Positions 59,501 to 64,000 of a stretch of 64,000 nt of DNA are shown in pieces; the first letter of the stretch is position 1; each line of letters starts with the position of its first letter. The stretch lies in IMG/VR virus record IMGVR_UViG_3300005512_000004, one strand, 5' to 3'. This DNA comes from an uncultured virus (IMG/VR IMGVR_UViG_3300005512_000004) (Duplodnaviria; Heunggongvirae; Uroviricota; Caudoviricetes). The notes beneath the pieces are model-generated. The model saw nothing but the letters and a program-made list of their open reading frames with translations, made no database searches and had not been told where the DNA came from. The translations under genes were made by a program, and so were the position numbers.

Positions 59501-59649
59501 AGCGCTCCACAGATCAGCTCAAGTCAACCGACTCGGGTAGAGATAAGCTGCGTGCCGCCGCAGCCGCAAAGCGCGCCGCAACCGCGTCCGGTAAGCAATT
59601 CTCGAATCACGGTCTTCATGTTGGACGAAAGCGAAGTGACGTTCGATGA
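56584..59649 (+). CDS. Multidomain polyvalent protein: ART-like + ParB/Srx-like + P-loop kinase + Nudix + Nudix + basic C-terminal domain
   Basis: YHGS...IYLA...GYVYE; VVDGFHRL; GHSGAGKTT; LPGGG...REALEELG; FPGGGVEPGE...KELLEEAG; HSARAMQLA...YKK.GGGY (DUF5872-like, from recall). Confidence 0.85.
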   Translation: MSKRKKLYHGSPHRLDEIRPTIATGKGEASAREHAIYLADSPEEARLYALTRPRNNKRKGWAILDNKVHYVKGDPINKQGYVYEHEFDDYAPPPESDPGIGYRVYGAYKPTKRKRVRLKGIEDQFVEHPDKASYKARVKEWLASREKTSSYREGGSFTHEGTEYDLDHALSLADKQPVTSTRVKDLAWVLRHGKADPERVRRADLSAPLLVSRTKNGKPTVVDGFHRLTKANNEGVVSMPTRFVDRRELRKTSAVKHTLVTGHSGAGKTTLSKRLSEQSGLPIYELDKDPDIVEQLERQKAYIKASGGLDRGANAKLPTGPEWDIPFQRASKAGIDRALALKTPHVIEGTYLLDRDPNLLRDHELYLVDTPEDLVLNRRVERQRIKDIARGRYWGDDRAAGVRLRGQQLIDENKQGAARWRKADFVKKSALNKVMQQASTTKLASKRFRHRAGLIIRDEQGRLLVSEASPAQVAGGVSRISLPGGGIHDDENETRTPTKREIIRAARREALEELGMRIRNPRVLGSHSGELEDWWKDQQEKKRGVRFDGAAEHFVLASPGKKDMSLYNVEGDAFPGKYRDMTELTPLMEQDANRDSAFAQFNKKQLELLRGLQKTSSYVRGQHMTKSATKEERAGVRVGRKLYRPKVQAFMYDNQGRILAAKSQAAGSGLRAYSNYKFPGGGVEPGENIPEAARKELLEEAGYEAGGDLFEFGTPTPVDWDRKFRAQARKKGRGGYAGQYEYYAAGPIGKRNTSLLGSEGDALGGMEFVPIRALKRDLRKTSTDPNNEYGYFDTQKLVALKALEKELKQRGVKTASARLKQIALPPELTQFSNKYYQTYGQGRAINYGQERFDEYRRPRTRRERSLEEAYATKTSALLAADDLVKKAEKGVAQKSDPAEWARAKAQARAKMGGKHSARAMQLATQIYKKNGGGYRGAKPSSGTNKLKKWTKQDWQWSGKDTPGPGGTGVYLPKRSTDQLKSTDSGRDKLRAAAAAKRAATASGKQFSNHGLHVGRKRSDVR

Positions 59650-59703
59650 CATTACAGTCTGCGCGGGATGCGGAGAGCGTGTCTGCGATTGTAGAGTAAA
59701 CTA

Positions 59704-60549
59704 ATGGCGGGCCAATACCGTATGCGACGGAGAAGGCTCGCCATTGTTCTACTCGATCTCATAGGTAGCACCGCCTTTGTGCAACGTTACGGTGCCGTAA
59801 AAGCTGCGCAGTGGTTTCAGTATCACGACAGGCTCGCACGCAACCTTGTCTACAAGTTCGGTGGGCGCGAGATCGACCGCAGCGACGGCTTCCTTTTATC
59901 GTTCGAGAGCGTACTAGACGCTACTAACTTCGCCCTGCACTACCAAGCTACTGTTCCCGCCAAGACACGCCTTGGTACACGTATAGGTATTCATTGGGGG
60001 GACGTTATAGAGGTCGAGCAAGACGAGCTCTGGGTGGGTGCGGGTGCAAAGAGCGTAGAGCTCGAAGGCCTCGCCAAGAATATCGCAGCGCGTACAATGA
60101 GCCTGTGCCGAGCGGGGCAGGTGTTACTGACAAAGCAGGCCTACGATGTCCTACGTGGCAGGACAAACATGTTTACCCCAGAAGGCACGCGATCTGCCTG
60201 TGTGGGTGTTTATAAGTTCAAGGGTGTACGCGAGTCTATGGACATCTACGCCATCGGCACAGATGTACGCCAACTGCAACCGCCTCCAGGATCAGACAAG
60301 GTGAAGCGGTTAGGCGGCCCAAAGTACATCAAGGTGCGTGCCCGAGACCGCAAGCTAAAAGAGTGGGTACGTTGGGTTGGGTATCGTCTGTATGTTATAG
60401 GGCTGCTGTTGGGTCTGTACTTCTTCTTACGTGCCTGTATGTCGCCTCTTGCGCGCGACGTCTTCGGGCTCCAAAGCTTTTGGTGGGTAGAAGCTTTTGT
60501 CGCGTTTGTGTACGCGCTTATAGAGGAGTTATTAAATGGGAAATCCTAA
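59704..60549 (+). CDS. Class III nucleotidyl cyclase with C-terminal TM helices
   Basis: LLDLIGST, DRSDGF, RIGIHWG, NIAAR, GQVLLT, FKGV; two hydrophobic helices at the end. Confidence 0.88.
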   Translation: MAGQYRMRRRRLAIVLLDLIGSTAFVQRYGAVKAAQWFQYHDRLARNLVYKFGGREIDRSDGFLLSFESVLDATNFALHYQATVPAKTRLGTRIGIHWGDVIEVEQDELWVGAGAKSVELEGLAKNIAARTMSLCRAGQVLLTKQAYDVLRGRTNMFTPEGTRSACVGVYKFKGVRESMDIYAIGTDVRQLQPPPGSDKVKRLGGPKYIKVRARDRKLKEWVRWVGYRLYVIGLLLGLYFFLRACMSPLARDVFGLQSFWWVEAFVAFVYALIEELLNGKS

Positions 60550-61012
60550 AAACGAGCAACCGACTCGGCAGTTCACGCAGTCCGAGAAGGCGAAGCGCGG
60601 CTGGTGGGCGAGCGTCGTCTTTATGCTGCTGATTGTCGCACTCATCATCTTCTTAAGCTACGTCAAGATCGTTGAAGAGAACCGCGACATCCTTATCGGT
60701 ATCATCGGCATGCTTACGGGCAGCATCAGCTCTATGCTAGCGATCGCGAGCGGACGAGACCCAAGCGAGATGGAAGAGCTAAAAGAAAAGCTCTCGGCAG
60801 CGAACGCTGATCGGGAGGCGCTCATCGCTAGGCTACGTGACGCGCAGATTCAGATGCAGCTGTTACGGGAGCAGATCTTCGAGCTACAGAACGCGGTCAT
60901 CGACAAACTATCATTGTTCTCGGGTAGCCCTCCCATTAAAAAGAGGCGAGAACAAGATGTCTCCTTACCGGACGTAGTCGAGCAATGGCTGCCCGGTAAG
61001 GATGAGAACTAG
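60536..61012 (+). CDS. Two-TM + coiled-coil membrane protein (holin-like or cyclase partner)
   Basis: GAGGAG SD; two TM segments then heptad repeats. Confidence 0.6.
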   Translation: MGNPKNEQPTRQFTQSEKAKRGWWASVVFMLLIVALIIFLSYVKIVEENRDILIGIIGMLTGSISSMLAIASGRDPSEMEELKEKLSAANADREALIARLRDAQIQMQLLREQIFELQNAVIDKLSLFSGSPPIKKRREQDVSLPDVVEQWLPGKDEN

Positions 61013-61050
61013 CGGTCTGGGTAGTAGCCGCCGTCGAAGTAGTCGTCCAT
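61009..61050 (-). CDS. Putative 13-aa micropeptide MDDYFDGGYYPDR
   Basis: Very strong SD AAGAAAGGAGG 5 nt before ATG; stop shares CTAG with the convergent gene. Confidence 0.4.
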   Translation of the reverse strand: MDDYFDGGYYPDR

Positions 61051-61092
61051 GCTGTCCTCCTTTCTTGTTAGCGTTAGCGCAAAACGCGCTTG

Positions 61093-62271
61093 TTATCCGT
61101 TCACTGCGTGGGCCGCACAGTACTTCCCTGCCTGCGCGCAGCAGAAGACCGCGACCGCCGCCCAGAGGCTAGGCTCCGCTGCCACTACGAGCAGGGAGTA
61201 GCCGATTACGGAGCCCGCTGTGTAGGCGAGCTTCGCGGCACCCTGCGTGTCGAACCCGCGCTTAGACGCCCACCTATCGCACAGGAACTCCCTGCGCTTT
61301 GACGCTGCCCACGCTAGGAGCAGCAGTGGCGCGCAAGGCTCTACCCACACGCTCACAACAGCTCCGAGCGCGACCACGCTCAAACCCACGCGATCACCAT
61401 AGCGCCAGACCGCGCAGCGCTTGATCGCATTGGTTAAGTTGTACGTGAAGTGCTTCCCCGACACTCCCCACGCGATCATCGCGAGGCCACCCACGACGTC
61501 CACGCATGTCTGCGCGAACGTCCATCGGCGGGCTAGCTCTTCGCCTAGCCACCCGTTGAGCGCGATCGCGGCCACTGTGCCGCCGACCGCTGGGAGCTCC
61601 GCGAGCGTATTCACCCGTGCGTTGCGCCAGACCTCACGAAGAACACTCAACTGTGGGCGCTCGAGCAAGCCATCTCTGTGGGCCCACCACAAGATGGTCG
61701 CGGTGGGGACGAGCTCGGCTAGAAGCGTGCCGAGAGACGCCCCCCTCGCTCCCATCCTCTCCCCGATCACCAGCCAGTACGTCAGCGCGACGTTACTGAC
61801 TGCGACCACCCATGCGAGTCGGATACGTGCCTTGACGCGTACCTGGGCGGTCCCGAGGGCCATGTAGCCCACGACACCGACTCTGATGAGCAGGCTCGCA
61901 GGCGCGGCGTAGGCGAGGTAGTCCGCCATGCCGGGCAGACCTACTACATCCTCAAGTCCGCTCGACGCGGCCCATAGAACGCCGTAGAGCGCCGTGCTCA
62001 AGAGCGCCCAATAGTAGTTGCTCGAGAGCAACGCGGCCGAGCGTGAGGCCTCCTCCGAGGCCTCGGCGAGCTTCTTCGCCACGCCGCTCGGGGCGCGTAC
62101 CAGGCGCCCGATCGCGCCGAGCGCGAGCGCGGCGACGCTGGCACCCGCTACCTTATCCACCTCGCCCGCCCCTGCGAGGATGAAGATGTCGGTGATGAGT
62201 AGGAGCAGCTCGGGAAGCCACTCCAGATACTGCGTACGCAGCTCCTCTTTGTGTGTTTGTTTTCTTTCCAT
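61093..62271 (-). CDS. MATE/MOP-family-like multi-pass transporter (degenerate)
   Basis: Many TM helices; NVALTYWLV...MGARGASLGTLLAE typical of MATE; GC-rich. Confidence 0.65.
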   Translation of the reverse strand: MERKQTHKEELRTQYLEWLPELLLLITDIFILAGAGEVDKVAGASVAALALGAIGRLVRAPSGVAKKLAEASEEASRSAALLSSNYYWALLSTALYGVLWAASSGLEDVVGLPGMADYLAYAAPASLLIRVGVVGYMALGTAQVRVKARIRLAWVVAVSNVALTYWLVIGERMGARGASLGTLLAELVPTATILWWAHRDGLLERPQLSVLREVWRNARVNTLAELPAVGGTVAAIALNGWLGEELARRWTFAQTCVDVVGGLAMIAWGVSGKHFTYNLTNAIKRCAVWRYGDRVGLSVVALGAVVSVWVEPCAPLLLLAWAASKRREFLCDRWASKRGFDTQGAAKLAYTAGSVIGYSLLVVAAEPSLWAAVAVFCCAQAGKYCAAHAVNG

Positions 62272-62311
62272 GTATATCCTCATCTCCACAAATCGTGGTT
62301 ATGTGTGTATT

Positions 62312-62322
62312 TACTTATCACG
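62312..62322 (-). promoter_or_regulatory. Promoter-like motif CGTGATAAGTA
   Basis: 41 nt upstream of ATG 62271. Confidence 0.55.
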
Positions 62323-62393
62323 AATACACGCATTATCTTGTTAGGTTACGGGCACTTAGTGATAGTAATAGTTCTCAATCTCGAGTTACTTCT

Positions 62394-62404
62394 TGTGATA
62401 ATAA
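62394..62404 (+). promoter_or_regulatory. Promoter-like motif TGTGATAATAA
   Basis: Identical to the 14133 copy; 47 nt upstream of ATG 62451. Confidence 0.65.
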
Positions 62405-62450
62405 AGCACCAACACCGCGCGAGTTGCGCCACACCTACAAGGAGGACAGC

Positions 62451-62723
62451 ATGGCTGGACTAGACACGAGCCCGCTGCGCAACATGGTCATTGCGTACAT
62501 GAATAAAGACCCAATGGAGCTCAACCAATACGAGAACGAGATGCTCAACGAGCTCGTCACCATGATGGTGGACTTTGATGCGCGCTTTGTGCAGTACCCG
62601 CTCATATGTGCGAAGGTGCTCGCGGACTGCATAGAGGCACACTCGGTCGACCTCACCGCGCTCAAAGCGTGCGTGGACCTCCTCGCCTCAGTCGATCAAC
62701 AGTTAAGGAGGTACAAATGTTGA
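62451..62723 (+). CDS. Hypothetical protein
   Basis: AAGGAGG SD before ATG 62451. Confidence 0.65.
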   Translation: MAGLDTSPLRNMVIAYMNKDPMELNQYENEMLNELVTMMVDFDARFVQYPLICAKVLADCIEAHSVDLTALKACVDLLASVDQQLRRYKC

Positions 62724-63544
62724 CGCTCGCACACACCTACCGGCAGACAGACAACGTCGACGGATATTGGGTGCAGCCCAAGCTCGACGGCGTCCGCTGT
62801 GTCTTCGACGGTAAAACGTTCTTGTCGCGCGCAGGGAAGCCCTTCGAGCCGCCCGCTGAGTGGTACGAGGGTAGCGCGCTCGCAGCACTGCAGAAGGAGG
62901 TCGGAGCGCCGATAGACGGAGAGCTGGTGTGCTTCCTTCAAATCGCGCCTCTTCGTGGTGGCCCTTTCGGGAAGCAGCTCGTGAACTTTAACAGCGTCGT
63001 GTCTGTCGTGCGAAGGAAGGAGAATGCGGACATGTCTGGGTGGGCCGAGATCGCGTTCGTCGCGTTCGACGTCGTGACGGACGAGCCCTGCTCCTATCGA
63101 GAGCGGTACAGCCTGTTGGAGAAGGCCAGGACAGACCACTCCTTGTTCATCATGCCTATCGTCGACGTAGTTGACTCGGGAGACGATCAATATGGTTGGT
63201 TGGCAAGCGCGGCGCTGAACGGGTGGGAAGGCGTGATGCTCCGTAATCCAGACGCGCCTTACGAGCGGAAACGCACACGCAACCTGCTCAAGGTAAAGCC
63301 CGTGGCGGATGAGGAGTTCGTTGTCACGGGCATGCAGGCGGGCACAGGCAAGCACGCGGGGCGCATGGGCGCGTTGCTGTGTCAGCGTGATGGGAAAGAG
63401 TTTAAGGTCGGTACGGGGTTCACAGACGCTGACCGCGAGTTGCGGGATTGGGTCGGAAAAACCATCACCGTGGAATACTTCGAGCTTACGCCTCGAGGTG
63501 TACCACGTCACCCACGCTTCAAGGGGGTACGAGACTATGAGTAA
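62717..63544 (+). CDS. lig: ATP-dependent DNA ligase (minimal type)
   Basis: QPKLDGVR, DGEL, FDVV, EGVMLR, LLKVK, VGTGF, PRHPRF. Confidence 0.95.
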   Translation: MLTLAHTYRQTDNVDGYWVQPKLDGVRCVFDGKTFLSRAGKPFEPPAEWYEGSALAALQKEVGAPIDGELVCFLQIAPLRGGPFGKQLVNFNSVVSVVRRKENADMSGWAEIAFVAFDVVTDEPCSYRERYSLLEKARTDHSLFIMPIVDVVDSGDDQYGWLASAALNGWEGVMLRNPDAPYERKRTRNLLKVKPVADEEFVVTGMQAGTGKHAGRMGALLCQRDGKEFKVGTGFTDADRELRDWVGKTITVEYFELTPRGVPRHPRFKGVRDYE

Positions 63545-63743
63545 AGTCAGTCGGGGAGAGACGGACTACGGCACCGAGGTCATCTACATCGAAAAGGACG
63601 ATAAGCTCTGGGAGGTCAAGGCGACCGACGAGGGTATCCTCATCGATGTGTATACGGGCAACGGGAATGAGTGGTTGGACTCGCCCTTCTCGGCCACTTG
63701 GGATGAGATGCTTGCTCCCAAGGATGACGACAAAAACTCGTAG
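63537..63743 (+). CDS. Small acidic hypothetical protein
   Basis: 68 aa, overlaps the ligase stop. Confidence 0.55.
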   Translation: MSKVSRGETDYGTEVIYIEKDDKLWEVKATDEGILIDVYTGNGNEWLDSPFSATWDEMLAPKDDDKNS

Positions 63744-63748
63744 GTTTT

Positions 63749-63759
63749 TGCGATAATAG
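63749..63759 (+). promoter_or_regulatory. Promoter-like motif variant TGCGATAATAG
   Basis: 42 nt upstream of ATG 63801. Confidence 0.5.
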
Positions 63760-63800
63760 AGTACCAACGCGTGTTGCGTTTACCTACTACGGAGGAAATC

Positions 63801-64000
63801 ATGGATACAAACTACCTCAAGGCGTGCGTCACGCTCGGAAACGCGCTGAGCGCGGCGCGATATTATGGCATCGCGGGTGTCAAGCGCGCGTTGGACGGCG
63901 CGATGATCCGTGTCACCGACAAGCCCGCCACTGCGGACGAGCGCCACTTCGCGGGCTATGTCCGCACGCTCGTCCACGACCTTAGCCTTAGGCTCCCGGA
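63801..64000 (+). CDS. Hypothetical protein, 3'-truncated (MDTNYLKACVTL...)
   Basis: GGAGG SD; runs off the window. Confidence 0.55.
   Translation, partial: MDTNYLKACVTLGNALSAARYYGIAGVKRALDGAMIRVTDKPATADERHFAGYVRTLVHDLSLRLP

Noticed and set aside
1..64000. Alternative genetic code or stop-codon reassignment
   Set aside because: Standard-code ORFs tile the window, and TAA, TAG and TGA all end well-supported genes

Overview
This window is a contiguous, densely coding 64-kb piece of a large tailed dsDNA phage genome (myovirus: it has a contractile tail sheath), read in the standard code, with no rRNA, tRNA or CRISPR that I can support. Layout: (1) a leftward replication/recombination operon at about 1.5-14.1 kb (RusA, Cas4-like nuclease, family-A DNA polymerase, gp32-like SSB, DnaG primase, DnaB helicase, UDG-like protein, SF2 helicase). 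(2) A rightward morphogenesis region at about 14.2-51.7 kb (portal, baseplate spike, terminase, prohead protease, scaffold-like proteins, major capsid, neck, sheath, tube). It contains a 2103-aa single-chain beta-beta' RNA polymerase. (3) An accessory region at about 52-64 kb (beta-clamp-like, PAP2 phosphatase, KTSC, ThyX, amidase endolysin, 1021-aa multi-enzyme protein, class III cyclase, MATE-like exporter, DNA ligase). The most striking unexplained signal is a recurrent x-K-x-[A/S] motif (EKTA, VKTAS, EKIA, KTSS). It punctuates the head-region proteins, brackets the prohead protease domain, flanks Gly-zipper cassettes and sits at every domain boundary of the 1021-aa ART/ParB/kinase/Nudix/Nudix protein. 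I infer a protease-processed polyprotein cargo system for loading enzymes into the capsid. A shared promoter-like motif (YGTGATAA) precedes the non-structural transcription units. All product calls come from motif recognition by eye; no database searches were run.
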